Both the position numbers and the translations under genes were made by a program. From positions 4,052 through 68,051 of IMG/VR virus record IMGVR_UViG_3300030093_000028: DNA of 64,000 bases; one strand, written 5' to 3'. The DNA comes from a virus. Each line of letters opens with the position of its first letter. Position 1 is the first letter of the stretch. Below, one piece after another: positions 1 to 10,523 of the stretch. The notes below the pieces were generated by a model. The model was not told the origin of the DNA. It ran no database searches and worked only from the letters and a program-made list of their open reading frames with translations.

Positions 1-716
1 TTGGGCATATTTCTGACACCTCCTTGTTCATCTTTGTCTTTTACTAACTTTGTAAATTTAGTAAATTTTTCATTCAGCTCACTTTGAATTTCTTTTACGA
101 AATCATCAGATGTAAACTGAACGTCTTTTACTTTAACGTTTGCGTCCACCATAGCTGGTTCAACTGAATCGCCAAGCATACAGCACCCGTCAAATTTAAA
201 CTTTTCAAAGTGAAATATACCGTCTTCATCTTCATCGCCCTCGACAGATGAGACGGCAAGCTCCATAGACTGAGCCTTTTCACCATCGCGCTCAACAATA
301 TCGGTAGAGTCGCTAAATTTTTCCCACAGCAATGCATCGACCTGTAAGAACTCTCGTTCAACTCCATCAGAACACATCTTCGTAAACCATCTTGGATTAC
401 AGGACTCTGGAATCACACCATACGCAGAGCCAACGTACTTATCCTCAATACCGTCTTCGGTTCTTGTAAGCACATACTCATGCCCTTTAAAGTCTGCTTC
501 CTGAGCGAACTTATCATATTTGATAAACCCAAGAACAGGAGTGTTCTTTATTGAGTCGATACAGTCATCGACAACTTCTTTAGAGAAAAAACTTTTATTT
601 AAATTCTCACCAGTATGTAATACGTCTATAGTGATATTTAAAAATCTAGTATCATCATCCGATATCTCCCCGTTAACGGAGAATGTTGAATGCAGTGAGT
701 TAAATTTATTACCCAT
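1..716 (-). CDS. head-morphogenesis module protein, N-terminal part only (ORF runs off window start); possible prohead protease/scaffold
   Basis: Minus-strand ATG at 716-714 opens a frame with no stop down to position 1, translated by hand (MGNKFNSLHSTFSVNGEISDDD...). It lies immediately downstream (in transcription order) of the putative portal. An in-frame AAGGAGG-N8-ATG at 25-6 suggests a nested start. The ORF track omits it because it has no stop. Confidence 0.4.
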   Translation of the reverse strand, partial: MGNKFNSLHSTFSVNGEISDDDTRFLNITIDVLHTGENLNKSFFSKEVVDDCIDSIKNTPVLGFIKYDKFAQEADFKGHEYVLTRTEDGIEDKYVGSAYGVIPESCNPRWFTKMCSDGVEREFLQVDALLWEKFSDSTDIVERDGEKAQSMELAVSSVEGDEDEDGIFHFEKFKFDGCCMLGDSVEPAMVDANVKVKDVQFTSDDFVKEIQSELNEKFTKFTKLVKDKDEQGGVRNMP

Positions 717-745
717 AAATTATTACCCCCAGAAACAACTATCAG

Positions 746-934
746 TTAGAACAGACATCTTCTTTTATCAGATTTCCATTTTTCAATATTTGATTTAATA
801 GATTCATCGTTATCAAAAACATAGACAATAAATCCATCAACACGTTCTATTCTTATAAGTTTAGAACCATGCTTCATAAGATATAGCGCCAAGTGTTTAC
901 CTTTGCAATTAAACTCTTCTCGCATATCAAACAC
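746..934 (-). CDS. small hypothetical protein (62 aa) between portal and head protein
   Basis: Six-frame ORF in the same orientation as the neighbouring packaging genes. Confidence 0.3.
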   Translation of the reverse strand: MFDMREEFNCKGKHLALYLMKHGSKLIRIERVDGFIVYVFDNDESIKSNIEKWKSDKRRCLF

Positions 935-940
935 CTCGCA

Positions 941-2479
941 TTATCTATCATTCTTCTCGCCATCGCGCGTTTTTTCGCCCTCAACATCAAGCGTCTCTCC
1001 GCGATCTTCAGCCGTTGGTCTACCAACCTCTTTCTCTGCAACCTGAGCAGGTTCAGTATAGGAGGTAGCAAGAGGAACAAAGTTATTATGGAAATCAAAG
1101 ATATCATTATGCAAAATAAAAGACCCCAACGTTCTAGAAGGAGTCATATCAAGAGACGCAAGCCATTTATCGATACAAGACACGCCAAGCGTTACAGCGT
1201 CTTTATATCTCTTGCTCACGTTATCTCTGTTAAAGATAGTTATATCAAGGAGATAAAAATAAAATTTGAAAGCTTTTTTATTATAATTTCTAAGCTTTAT
1301 ATATCTATTAGTCCATCGCTCAAGCTGTCTGTATACTCCGTATACGAAACCAGCATCGTTCTCAACGGACATTGTTACAGCCGTACCAGAAGACGAACCG
1401 TTAAACAACTCTTTAGACTCGCCAGATGAATTATAAAGCTCATCAATTGCATCAGAAACATTATTTCTTGTGTTGCTAGAATCCTTAAAGCTTATTGCTT
1501 CACCATCTGAACCAAGAGTATGAATCAGTCCAATATCATCGTTCATACTCTCTCTGTTAATTTCAGCAAACACACTAAGCGTTTCAGGGGTAAGGAGTGG
1601 CTTATCTACCGTAGTCTCATCAATAGGAACTTTAACCGCAATCGCCTTATAGTTATCGGTTCTAGCAGACTGCAACTTTAACTTCTTATAAGTATCAAGA
1701 TCTATAATGTCCTTAACCATTCCTATGAGCATTGGATATGGATATGTCCATTGACTATTCAGCTTAATGCAAATCTGCTTATCTGCTGGCGGCTTATACC
1801 AAAAAGATGCCTTGCCATCAATATAATCCAGATAAGCTTGCTGTACATAATCTGGATACGCAGCTAACTCACTTTGCTTTATCTTGCCAAGGTCAATTTT
1901 AAAATTATATAAACCATCTTGAACCTGATATAGCTGACATATCCTATAATCTATCTTAAGAAAGAAGAAATCTGTCGAACTTTCAACAACAAGTCCGCAA
2001 TAAATATCTTGATACGGTAGATATCTCATTATTTTTGCAAACTCATGTTTTAAATTCATATCTTCGAGCTTTGCCGCAAGCTTAGAATATTGTTTCTTAA
2101 TCGTATCTGTCTTTGCGGTATTCTGGACATCATATAAATCAACCCACCAACAGAATAGAGCCATATTGCTATAAAGGCTATTCAGTCTATAATAGTGCGG
2201 GGATACACGCATGAGGTAAGACGATGCATCAAGAAGCAAACGCCAATATTTTTTCGGATGTTTGATTGCGGTATCAATATCGCTTAATTTAATATCGCCA
2301 ATACATCCAGTTTCAAGAATCTCAGTATTTAGAAACAAGTCGTTGCGCATTAATCTGCTAAACGCGCTCCAATCAATCTTGCCATCTTTTTCTGATTTCT
2401 TAAACGACTCTTCATCATGAAGATAATCTTCTTTTGTATATTCAGACGCATATTCAGAATCTAGTTTATCATTAGCCAT
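941..2479 (-). CDS. putative portal protein
   Basis: 512-aa ORF immediately downstream (minus sense) of the terminase large subunit. Size, position and acidic C-terminus are typical of portal proteins. No diagnostic motif was seen. Confidence 0.45.
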   Translation of the reverse strand: MANDKLDSEYASEYTKEDYLHDEESFKKSEKDGKIDWSAFSRLMRNDLFLNTEILETGCIGDIKLSDIDTAIKHPKKYWRLLLDASSYLMRVSPHYYRLNSLYSNMALFCWWVDLYDVQNTAKTDTIKKQYSKLAAKLEDMNLKHEFAKIMRYLPYQDIYCGLVVESSTDFFFLKIDYRICQLYQVQDGLYNFKIDLGKIKQSELAAYPDYVQQAYLDYIDGKASFWYKPPADKQICIKLNSQWTYPYPMLIGMVKDIIDLDTYKKLKLQSARTDNYKAIAVKVPIDETTVDKPLLTPETLSVFAEINRESMNDDIGLIHTLGSDGEAISFKDSSNTRNNVSDAIDELYNSSGESKELFNGSSSGTAVTMSVENDAGFVYGVYRQLERWTNRYIKLRNYNKKAFKFYFYLLDITIFNRDNVSKRYKDAVTLGVSCIDKWLASLDMTPSRTLGSFILHNDIFDFHNNFVPLATSYTEPAQVAEKEVGRPTAEDRGETLDVEGEKTRDGEKNDR

Positions 2480-2516
2480 TAAACCGATTCACCTCCTTAA
2501 TATGCGTACAAAACCA

Positions 2517-4298
2517 TTAGTACATATTTGGTCTTTTATTCAATCTTTTCATTTGTTTTGCATAAGATTTAATATCAAAAGAAACCTGCGGCTTCTGAAG
2601 AATTTCACGCTCAAGCTGACACTGAACCCAATAATTATACGCCAATGAACTGTAGCGGTCTTTTCTCATACCAGTCTTTTCTATAATTTTGATATTAGTT
2701 CCCTTTATCTCATGCTCAAGCTTTGTAAGCTCATATATCAACAATGTCGTTTGTATATACGGCATTTTATATTGTAATTGCTCAAAAGGCTGCATCTTTG
2801 CATAGCCTTTTATTTTATCTTTTAAGATTTCTTCTGCTTCGAATTCCGAGACAAGAAGATTAATCTTACCCTGTTTAAATCCGCTTCTAAGCAAAATACA
2901 AATCTCATTATTAAAAGAAGCGCTCGCTTTAATAGACCAAATAACTTCTGGGGCATTAGACACTTTACATCTAGCAGCCATATCCTTATCATTACAACAA
3001 GATAGAGCGCCATATAACTCGCCTGTCTCTGGGTCTACCATGTCTCTGATAAGAGCATCGAATACGCCAAGACCGCTGCCATTCGTATCGATTACAAGGT
3101 CTGTGCATTTATACAGTTTAAACAATCTGCGAATCACAAGCGCCAATTCATCTGTATTAAGACCCTCGTGGTTTTCGAGATATATTATATTAGACACGTA
3201 ATTATTATTATTCGTAGGAATTGCGCTGTTAATTATAATTGCACTGGCATCGTTTCTATGCTTATTAGAAGCCATAAGCGCAACGTCTACAGACATAATT
3301 CGTCTTTCATTTGTTGCTAAATCTGGTATCTTATATGTCTTATTGTTTATAAGTGATGGCGGATATACTGCTGTTTGCAAAGTTCTTCTGCATCCGATAT
3401 CGTCAAATGAGAAGAAAGCGCCTTCTGTATCTCCGAAGAACAAGCAGTCCATCTCCATGCTCCACTTGACTTCATCGAAGTCTTGTTCAGACATCTCATC
3501 TTCAATTTGTTCACGTGATAACAAACCTTCTTTTACAGAAACTTGATACGGTAAGCCACAGATAAAATACTTCTTAGTATCATCAAGCATATTTACCGTA
3601 TAAGCCTTTGCCTTTTCAAAAGACCAATGGTTTTTATACCACGCCGAACTCATATAGAACTCTTTATTTCGTTCTAGAAGATGTGCGTATTTTGGATTAT
3701 TTAAATAATTCGGCTGTCTTGGAGCTGTAAGGAATCGTCTCAATACCGTGTTAATAGTATCTAGGTCAACCATTCTAAACTCATCGACCAACAAAATATT
3801 AGCACGTGAACCACGACCAGAATCAGAAGCGGTAACGACTTTAATCCATGAACCATTTGCAAATTCAATTACGGCCTTATTTGCGCCAACGGCAGCATAT
3901 GTAATTTCTCGTCTAAGATTTTCAGAACCAAAACCATAGTTCTTCATGAAATCGTCTGTGATTTTTGACAAAACCTCATTCGCCTGTGGTCTTGTTGCAG
4001 ACGCAATACATATCTTTGTCTTTGGGAAAAGAATGCATCTAACAACACAAAATAATGCTGTTAGCCACGTTTTTCCCTGTCCTCGCGCAGCGATATACAT
4101 AAAGAAATTATTGTGCATCATTGCATACAATAATATCTTTTGAAATAGTTTTAATTTAATATTTAAGTAATCAGCAACAAAACGATGTGGGTTAGACCTA
4201 TAAAAACCAGCCCACAATGCAATACCGTTCATAATACGTTGTGATTTTTCATTAGCGATTTCTTTTTCAGATTTTTTTCTATTAACTTTATTCGCCAT
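2517..4298 (-). CDS. terminase large subunit
   Basis: Walker A-like ARGQGKTW near the N-terminus followed by a C-terminal nuclease-like domain. Length is 593 aa. Sits in a packaging-module context. Confidence 0.85.
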   Translation of the reverse strand: MANKVNRKKSEKEIANEKSQRIMNGIALWAGFYRSNPHRFVADYLNIKLKLFQKILLYAMMHNNFFMYIAARGQGKTWLTALFCVVRCILFPKTKICIASATRPQANEVLSKITDDFMKNYGFGSENLRREITYAAVGANKAVIEFANGSWIKVVTASDSGRGSRANILLVDEFRMVDLDTINTVLRRFLTAPRQPNYLNNPKYAHLLERNKEFYMSSAWYKNHWSFEKAKAYTVNMLDDTKKYFICGLPYQVSVKEGLLSREQIEDEMSEQDFDEVKWSMEMDCLFFGDTEGAFFSFDDIGCRRTLQTAVYPPSLINNKTYKIPDLATNERRIMSVDVALMASNKHRNDASAIIINSAIPTNNNNYVSNIIYLENHEGLNTDELALVIRRLFKLYKCTDLVIDTNGSGLGVFDALIRDMVDPETGELYGALSCCNDKDMAARCKVSNAPEVIWSIKASASFNNEICILLRSGFKQGKINLLVSEFEAEEILKDKIKGYAKMQPFEQLQYKMPYIQTTLLIYELTKLEHEIKGTNIKIIEKTGMRKDRYSSLAYNYWVQCQLEREILQKPQVSFDIKSYAKQMKRLNKRPNMY

Positions 4299-4309
4299 AC
4301 AAACACCGC

Positions 4310-5323
4310 CTAATCATCGTCTATAACGGTGTCGCCAAAAATGGCATCAAATAAAGCTTCGTTGTCTTTATCGTCATCATACTCTGGCTTTTCAACCGTA
4401 TACCTTTTCATAAATTTCGTATACAGTTTTGATAAGCCGTTTTTCAAATTCATCATCTTAGCAAGATGACCGCGAAAAAATACATCGATATAAAGACCTA
4501 TATTGTCAACATCTTTCAAATCATCCTCTGGCTCTGGAATCGGCCTTGTGTTTTCCCACTTGTCGATAAGCGTACCAAATGTCTGACTGTCAGATGTGGC
4601 ATCGCCAGAATTTTGTTTCGGCTGCAATTTGGCTGTGTCAAGAAGCTTCTGGAACGTAGCCGTCAAATCCTTTGTATCCTGCTTTGCCCTAGTAGCCTTT
4701 AACAACTCAAGCTGATTAAAACACAGCTGCTTAAAGACTTCTTCTTGTGCCTTTGTATTGCACTCGTGTCTAGTAGTCCAGTCGCAATACTCATTGTAAA
4801 GAAAAATATAATCATCATTATCGAAACCATTACCAAACAACTTTATCGCTTTGTCTATGGTTTCGTTCATGTCAGAGTCATCATCTGAATATATTGATAT
4901 CGGCTTATTATTAAACTTTGCTTCATTATATCTTTCTTCTAACGTTCTATCATAACCACCTCTGTACTGTCTAAGTGGTGAAATCGAGATATAAGAAGAT
5001 ATGAGAGAGCATGTTAAATCGCCATCTTCCATTCTTTTAACAGTGGCATTATATGCATCATCGCAAAAATATACATCTAAAAACATGCATATTCGCTCAA
5101 CGGCTTTTTTTTCTGGGTTTGCATATCCGTTGGTTTTATATACGTTTAAATAATTATAATAAATTTTATTAATGCATTCTTTGCACCACGGCATCTTTCC
5201 ATATGAAGCATATAAGTCACTATTTGATTTATAAAAATCTTTTGACTTAAGCTCCTTACCACAACAAGCACAATGCAGTGTCGAAGTGGAGTCATCATTT
5301 TTTCTAGCTGTTCTTCCCGCCAT
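4310..5323 (-). CDS. hypothetical protein with N-terminal Cys4 zinc finger; possible terminase small subunit
   Basis: CACCGK...CKEC motif. Lies directly upstream (minus sense) of terL, with a 12-nt gap. Confidence 0.4.
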   Translation of the reverse strand: MAGRTARKNDDSTSTLHCACCGKELKSKDFYKSNSDLYASYGKMPWCKECINKIYYNYLNVYKTNGYANPEKKAVERICMFLDVYFCDDAYNATVKRMEDGDLTCSLISSYISISPLRQYRGGYDRTLEERYNEAKFNNKPISIYSDDDSDMNETIDKAIKLFGNGFDNDDYIFLYNEYCDWTTRHECNTKAQEEVFKQLCFNQLELLKATRAKQDTKDLTATFQKLLDTAKLQPKQNSGDATSDSQTFGTLIDKWENTRPIPEPEDDLKDVDNIGLYIDVFFRGHLAKMMNLKNGLSKLYTKFMKRYTVEKPEYDDDKDNEALFDAIFGDTVIDDD

Positions 5324-5353
5324 ACGACACTACACCACCTTTCTTCAAACAAA

Positions 5354-6661
5354 CTATTTAAATTTAATATCGTAAATACAATCAAGCCCATCTTCTGTTA
5401 TCACGGAAATCAACTGCTCTGGCTTGTTTCTAAGCCTTTTATCTAAGCAATATTCATCTCCGCCACCAGCAAACGTACCAGCCTGAAGAACCTTTGTATC
5501 ATAAGATGTAACCATTGCATTCGTATGTCTATGACCACAATAAATAATATCTGGTTTTCTACCAGTAAACATAGTTAGCTTCTGAACCATGTTGTTTAGA
5601 TTATCGCGATCACCATGCACCCCATATATCAACTGTCCGCGAACATTGAATATAGCAATGCTGCATTCAATATCGTTTTCGTGAAATACTACATTTTTAA
5701 AATTCTGTAGCTTTGCACTGAGATAGGGGATAGCAAGCAAGTCCATATTCTCTCCACGCAAATTCTCATCTTTATTCTGAGAAAGACGGGAGTGATTGCC
5801 CATGCTTACATACACATTTACAGTATTAAATCTATAACTTAACTCTGTTAAGAACTGAGACAGATAATCTGTAACAGTTAAAAACTGCTCAATGATGTTC
5901 TGATTATTTTCAATTCTAATAGTATTATGAATGAAGCCAGAGATGAGTTCGCTTAGAATGACATAGATGTTCTCTGAACCGTGACGTAACTGAACTTCAA
6001 AAATCTTATCAAGATATTGATTAATTCTATCTCGCAAAATATCGTTATTAAACTTATTGAAATAATTATCTACTTCAATACCAGTATGCACATCAAAGAA
6101 AGTGCATACGATATCATTATCTGACTTTAAAGAGCCAGTGAACTTCTTGTCTTCATCATAAAAAAGCGGGTGACAGTCGCTTTCAGAAATGCTTCTTATG
6201 ATTTGCTCTTTGTAGCTTTCTTTTCGCGCCTGTTCACGAATCATCCTACGGAGTTCATTGCGCTCATCACGAACCTTAACTTGCTGCTTCTCAAGTTCTT
6301 GTTTTTGAGATTGCAATTCTTTTAGATATTCATCATTGTCATATTTATTAAACACACCAGCATCATAAAACTTTTTTGCCTGCTGATATGGTTTTCTAAA
6401 TGCCGAGGAAGTATAAGGCATATCTTCATTGCCGATTTCCTTGTTAATGATATCGGCCAGTTCGTCCCAATTCATATCTATAATTCCAGATTCCTTGGCT
6501 TGCCCAAGTCTCCAAATATATTGTTCTAGATTTTCAGATTCGCCTTTATGTAAATCCACGTATGGCACCTCCTCATATTTTTTCATCTTGCAGTAACAAA
6601 ACAAGATGATGGTGAAATATTTGATTTTCACAAATATCTTCCAAACTTTTACTTCATACAC
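5354..6661 (-). CDS. calcineurin-like metallophosphoesterase with N-terminal HTH/coiled-coil extension
   Basis: Motifs DVHTG, GDRD, GNHS and GHRH in the C-terminal half match the D-x-H / GD / GNH(D/E) / GHxH metallophosphatase signature. The start codon is ambiguous (GTG at 6661 or ATG at 6586). Confidence 0.6.
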   Translation of the reverse strand: MYEVKVWKIFVKIKYFTIILFCYCKMKKYEEVPYVDLHKGESENLEQYIWRLGQAKESGIIDMNWDELADIINKEIGNEDMPYTSSAFRKPYQQAKKFYDAGVFNKYDNDEYLKELQSQKQELEKQQVKVRDERNELRRMIREQARKESYKEQIIRSISESDCHPLFYDEDKKFTGSLKSDNDIVCTFFDVHTGIEVDNYFNKFNNDILRDRINQYLDKIFEVQLRHGSENIYVILSELISGFIHNTIRIENNQNIIEQFLTVTDYLSQFLTELSYRFNTVNVYVSMGNHSRLSQNKDENLRGENMDLLAIPYLSAKLQNFKNVVFHENDIECSIAIFNVRGQLIYGVHGDRDNLNNMVQKLTMFTGRKPDIIYCGHRHTNAMVTSYDTKVLQAGTFAGGGDEYCLDKRLRNKPEQLISVITEDGLDCIYDIKFK

Positions 6662-6710
6662 TATTGGATGTTCTGTATTGAACTAATTTCACCCAGAACA
6701 AAACAAAGAA

Positions 6711-6728
6711 GGGTGGCTAAGGCCACCC
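6711..6728 (-). terminator. GC hairpin GGGTGGC-TAA-GGCCACCC followed on the minus strand by a T-rich run
   Basis: Perfect 7-bp stem. Minus-sense downstream sequence is TTCTTTGTTTTGTTC. Confidence 0.4.
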
Positions 6729-6923
6729 AGTCTGAGTTATATCAATATTTAATTGTTATCTTGCATAACATACACGGCATAAATTATTCGTTGCTGTGAC
6801 AACCAAAAAGGAAGTCACAGCAACAACAAAGAAAGGTGTAGAAATATGAATGCAAGAAAAATACGCGAAGAGCAATCTTCGCATTTATATATTCAGCCAA
6901 CTAGCTGCGTATATAACGATTAT

Positions 6924-7250
6924 TTACTTACGAGAGCTAATCTTATCGCAATATGTTCTTGTGATGTGAGCCTTTGGAACAATCTTGCTCTTCGTCACAA
7001 TTGTCTCTCCCGTAAGATTATTAACCTTCTCATGAGATGGAACATATACCCCGTTTAATACGATACCCTCAAACAGCCTAACAGAAATATTTCTATCTTC
7101 ATTTGCTAGAGACAAAGCGTCTGAAACGTTCTCTTCAAGAGATTCATATACGCCCTTAACCGTATTCTTATCGATTCTACAATCCTTGGCAACGGCCTTA
7201 ATTAGCATATCTTTCGTATATGTAACCTTTTTGTCATCATTCTTAGCCAT
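6924..7250 (-). CDS. HU/IHF-family DNA-binding protein
   Basis: 108-aa basic protein with a ...SVRLFEGIVLNGVYVPSHEKVNNLTGE...PK... pattern resembling the HU beta-arm region. Confidence 0.6.
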   Translation of the reverse strand: MAKNDDKKVTYTKDMLIKAVAKDCRIDKNTVKGVYESLEENVSDALSLANEDRNISVRLFEGIVLNGVYVPSHEKVNNLTGETIVTKSKIVPKAHITRTYCDKISSRK

Positions 7251-7386
7251 TAATCTTCTCCTTCATACTTAATTGGTGTAGTTGGCAATTTTGAAAAAAG
7301 TCTTGAAATATATATGTCCTCCATATAGCGAGATTTCAAAATTTCCAAATAACACTAAATCTATGTATTTTAAAAATCAGTAAATT

Positions 7387-7422
7387 TAAACATATAACCT
7401 TAATAGTATGTTATATGTTTAA
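7387..7422 (-). terminator. 13-bp-stem hairpin overlapping the stop codon of the 966-aa gene
   Basis: TTAAACATATAAC-N11-GTTATATGTTTAA, followed (minus sense) by TTTAAATTTACTGATTT. Confidence 0.45.
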
Positions 7423-10319
7423 ATATTCTGGTCGCGTGACTTTTGAGTTTCGCGCTGTTTTTTCTTTCTTAATCTGGCAAGTTCGCGCTTGTGCTCTTGC
7501 GTACATTCATGACATCTACATGTTTTTGTATCCTTGATACCGACTTCAAACCATTCTCCACAGTCCACGCATTGCACGTCTCGCGTCTCTCGCTTTACAT
7601 TACGAGAAAGATTATCATAAACGATATCTCCATAACACAGCCAAAGAGCCATCTTATTTTTGCCACCATTGATACCGTAAAGAAACTTCACGAGAATATC
7701 GACAATCTTAAAATCATCGTATCCAAACGAAGAAAGCTCTTCATATATCTCCTTAGAAATCTTTCTATACTTTAAATCGCGGCGCATCTTAGATTTTGAC
7801 ATATCGTCAGAAGAAAAACCCTTAACCGCATCGTTCAATGCAAACTGATACTTCTTATTCAGTTCACAATACTTAACAATCAACGGATCGGTTTCTTCCT
7901 TGATAATCTTACCTCTGTCTGTAAACGATATCCTGCATTCCGTTCTAACATCTCTCATCATAAGTGCATAATCAATCTTATCAAGGCCAAGCTTTCTGCA
8001 ATTGATTCTCGGATTCGGAATAATATCATTAAGCTTATTGACGAGACTGTTGTTGATATCAGATACCTGATGCAGCTTTTTATCCTTCGCATATACAAAG
8101 AAATGAGGGAGAGGGTCTTTAGTAAAACCAGTTATCAGCTCCTTTTCGTAATCTGGTCTTTCTGGTTTATACAACGTTTTAGCATAGTCGATTACAAAAT
8201 TATTCTCCATGCAAAGAAGTCTAATTACATCAATTGCACGTCTCTTATCTTCGTTTGTACCAGATATGAACACCTCGCTGTTCCAAATCTTAGAGATGTT
8301 ATTGCTGTATATTCCGATATTTCCACCAACAAATGCAGCATGAAGTCCACCGTAGATTGCAGCGTTATCAAGATGTACTGGCTCAGCTTTTCGCATATTG
8401 TAGTAAAGCGGCACAATGTCAAACTTCTTAAGATTTCTTTCCGCAACTGCAATAAGAGTCTTATCTGCAACAACTAACGATTTGTCCCCATCAACATCAA
8501 ATTGAAGAATCTTACTAATCATGTCCTTGCAGCTTGTGTATACGGCATCTGTGCCAAACCACTCTCTAACACTATCCTTTCTATCTCCATACGCATAGCA
8601 GGCAACATTTTTTCTAATAGCATGTTCCATGAAAAGATGAGGAGAGCGAAGGCAATCAAGCTTTTCATCTTTTCTAAACAACCAACAGAACACCTCTCCG
8701 TCTTCAAGCAGGCCGTCAGGATTATCTTTGCCCATAAACCAATGCTCGCAAGCGGCATAGAAGTCTGGAAGTAAAAATGTATACTTGCCATGAACCTTCA
8801 GCTTTCCAGCTTTGAATCTTTTGACCATGCTATCTTTGATATCTCTCAACTGAGACTTTGCATATTCATCATTCAACAAAGCTGGGTAAAGGTCGATAGC
8901 TTTTTGAAAAGCGGTCTTATTTGTATTATACGGCGTTGCACCGAACACATCCTTAATACTCTCAACGGAACCGCATAAATTCTCAAGCTTATTTGTTGAC
9001 TGGTAGGCAATATCTGCAAGCTCATCATCGGTAACATCAGTCAATGTCTGAAGCATCTGATAATTGATAGTAGCGTCTTTGATGCGCTCTTCCTCGACAT
9101 TAGTTACGCCAGCTGTACACCCATATCTCTTGAACATCTCCTTATATTGATCCCAAGATTCATAATATTTGTTCATCTTAAACTGAGATTTGGTAAAGAT
9201 AATTTGAATATCTTCATCAACGATGTTATGCTCTTTGCCATATATATCCTTGATAACAGGAGAGCATTCATTCACTTCGATGAACTTCTTAAAGTCAAAA
9301 GCGCCAAGAAGACCCTTTACCCACGGTAGCCTAACCATACGATTTCTACCAAGACAAGGCAACATCATTCCCGCTCCATCAGTATGGGGGATAGGCACAT
9401 TGCCAGTTATCCTCTTGATGGAATAGTCCGCATCGTCAATTAAATCATATGTACCAATAACATCAGTCTCAAAATCATCGATAACGATAGTCTTGTCAAT
9501 GTCGAACTCATTCCATACATCGGTTGCAGAATTTGCAAGCGCCATATAAGCAAGATGCTTATTGGGATTGTTACCGCCATGTGCATTGATGTCGTCAATC
9601 GTCAACCCGCACATAATCGTCTTCTCATGCTTTTTCCAAGTTGACTCTTTGACGAATACACATTTCTTTGTGCGAATCTGCCCAGCAGAAGAAGTGAAGT
9701 AAATATACTTCTCGCCATTGTATTCGAAACCATTGTAAATCAAGTCTTTAATCATATCGAAATAATAGACCTGAATAACCATGAAGTCTTCGCATAGCTC
9801 ATCTGGCTTGGCACCGATGGTTCTTGTGAAATATGAATCGAATACAGAAATGATGTTCTTTTCTGATACTTGGTTATCACGAAGCATTCTTGTGTGGTGT
9901 CTACCGTCTGACGCAATATTCGATTCAACCTTATTAGACAGAATGGTAAGTAGTCTTTCCTTAGTTTCGTTGATCTTTGTGTTTTTAAGAGATACCAGAT
10001 TCTTCAATCGGCGATACTCGCAACCAAGCTCACTCAGCTCTTTGCTATCATCTCCAAACAAAGAAAAATCATATTCGTCCTTAGCAATAGATGCAAGACC
10101 ATCTTTGTCAACACCGTAAGACTCAAACTTAGACTCAATGTTTCGGACACCGACTATTGTTTTCTTTGTCTTGCCATCATTGCCTTTGATAACAGCGCCA
10201 TTTAGCAGTTGATTCCTTTCACTTCTCAGCTTGTGATTAAGCCAGTGAAGGGATGACTCTCTATTGTCATAAAAGTTCCCAGTGTCTAGGGAGTAGATGT
10301 CTATCTGCTTATCGAGCAC
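7419..10319 (-). CDS. large protein with C-terminal zinc ribbon; putative single-subunit two-barrel RNA polymerase (YonO-like)
   Basis: 966 aa. The segment ...CLRSPHLFMEHAI...ILQFDVDGDKSLVVAD (aa ~556-618) resembles the beta-prime R-x-P-x-L ... NADFDGD catalytic double-psi beta-barrel signature. C-terminal motif is CVDCGEW...CRCHEC. There is no Walker motif and no PolA/PolB motif. Confidence 0.4.
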   Translation of the reverse strand: MLDKQIDIYSLDTGNFYDNRESSLHWLNHKLRSERNQLLNGAVIKGNDGKTKKTIVGVRNIESKFESYGVDKDGLASIAKDEYDFSLFGDDSKELSELGCEYRRLKNLVSLKNTKINETKERLLTILSNKVESNIASDGRHHTRMLRDNQVSEKNIISVFDSYFTRTIGAKPDELCEDFMVIQVYYFDMIKDLIYNGFEYNGEKYIYFTSSAGQIRTKKCVFVKESTWKKHEKTIMCGLTIDDINAHGGNNPNKHLAYMALANSATDVWNEFDIDKTIVIDDFETDVIGTYDLIDDADYSIKRITGNVPIPHTDGAGMMLPCLGRNRMVRLPWVKGLLGAFDFKKFIEVNECSPVIKDIYGKEHNIVDEDIQIIFTKSQFKMNKYYESWDQYKEMFKRYGCTAGVTNVEEERIKDATINYQMLQTLTDVTDDELADIAYQSTNKLENLCGSVESIKDVFGATPYNTNKTAFQKAIDLYPALLNDEYAKSQLRDIKDSMVKRFKAGKLKVHGKYTFLLPDFYAACEHWFMGKDNPDGLLEDGEVFCWLFRKDEKLDCLRSPHLFMEHAIRKNVACYAYGDRKDSVREWFGTDAVYTSCKDMISKILQFDVDGDKSLVVADKTLIAVAERNLKKFDIVPLYYNMRKAEPVHLDNAAIYGGLHAAFVGGNIGIYSNNISKIWNSEVFISGTNEDKRRAIDVIRLLCMENNFVIDYAKTLYKPERPDYEKELITGFTKDPLPHFFVYAKDKKLHQVSDINNSLVNKLNDIIPNPRINCRKLGLDKIDYALMMRDVRTECRISFTDRGKIIKEETDPLIVKYCELNKKYQFALNDAVKGFSSDDMSKSKMRRDLKYRKISKEIYEELSSFGYDDFKIVDILVKFLYGINGGKNKMALWLCYGDIVYDNLSRNVKRETRDVQCVDCGEWFEVGIKDTKTCRCHECTQEHKRELARLRKKKQRETQKSRDQNI

Positions 10320-10523
10320 GTTGCCACCTCCTGATTCTTTATCAATGCAAAAGCCACGTTACATACTAGTTGCAGATCGCATAGATGATGCCGCAAACGA
10401 TGAGAGTGCAGATGAGATTCATATCAGATACACCTTCTTAAATAAAAAAACCTAACTTCAATACATAGCATATAACATTATCAGTTAAAAGTAAAGAAGA
10501 TTTTTACATTATTTTCAAGCATT

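Noticed and set aside
8070-8791. Antisense ORFs inside the 966-aa gene (8070-8477, 8225-8473, 8502-8774, 8519-8791) and similar ones inside other large genes (3343-3546, 3748-4143, 42230-42724, 58557-58757, 61106-61737)
   Set aside because: Nested in or antisense to long, motif-supported coding regions. Typical spurious six-frame ORFs.
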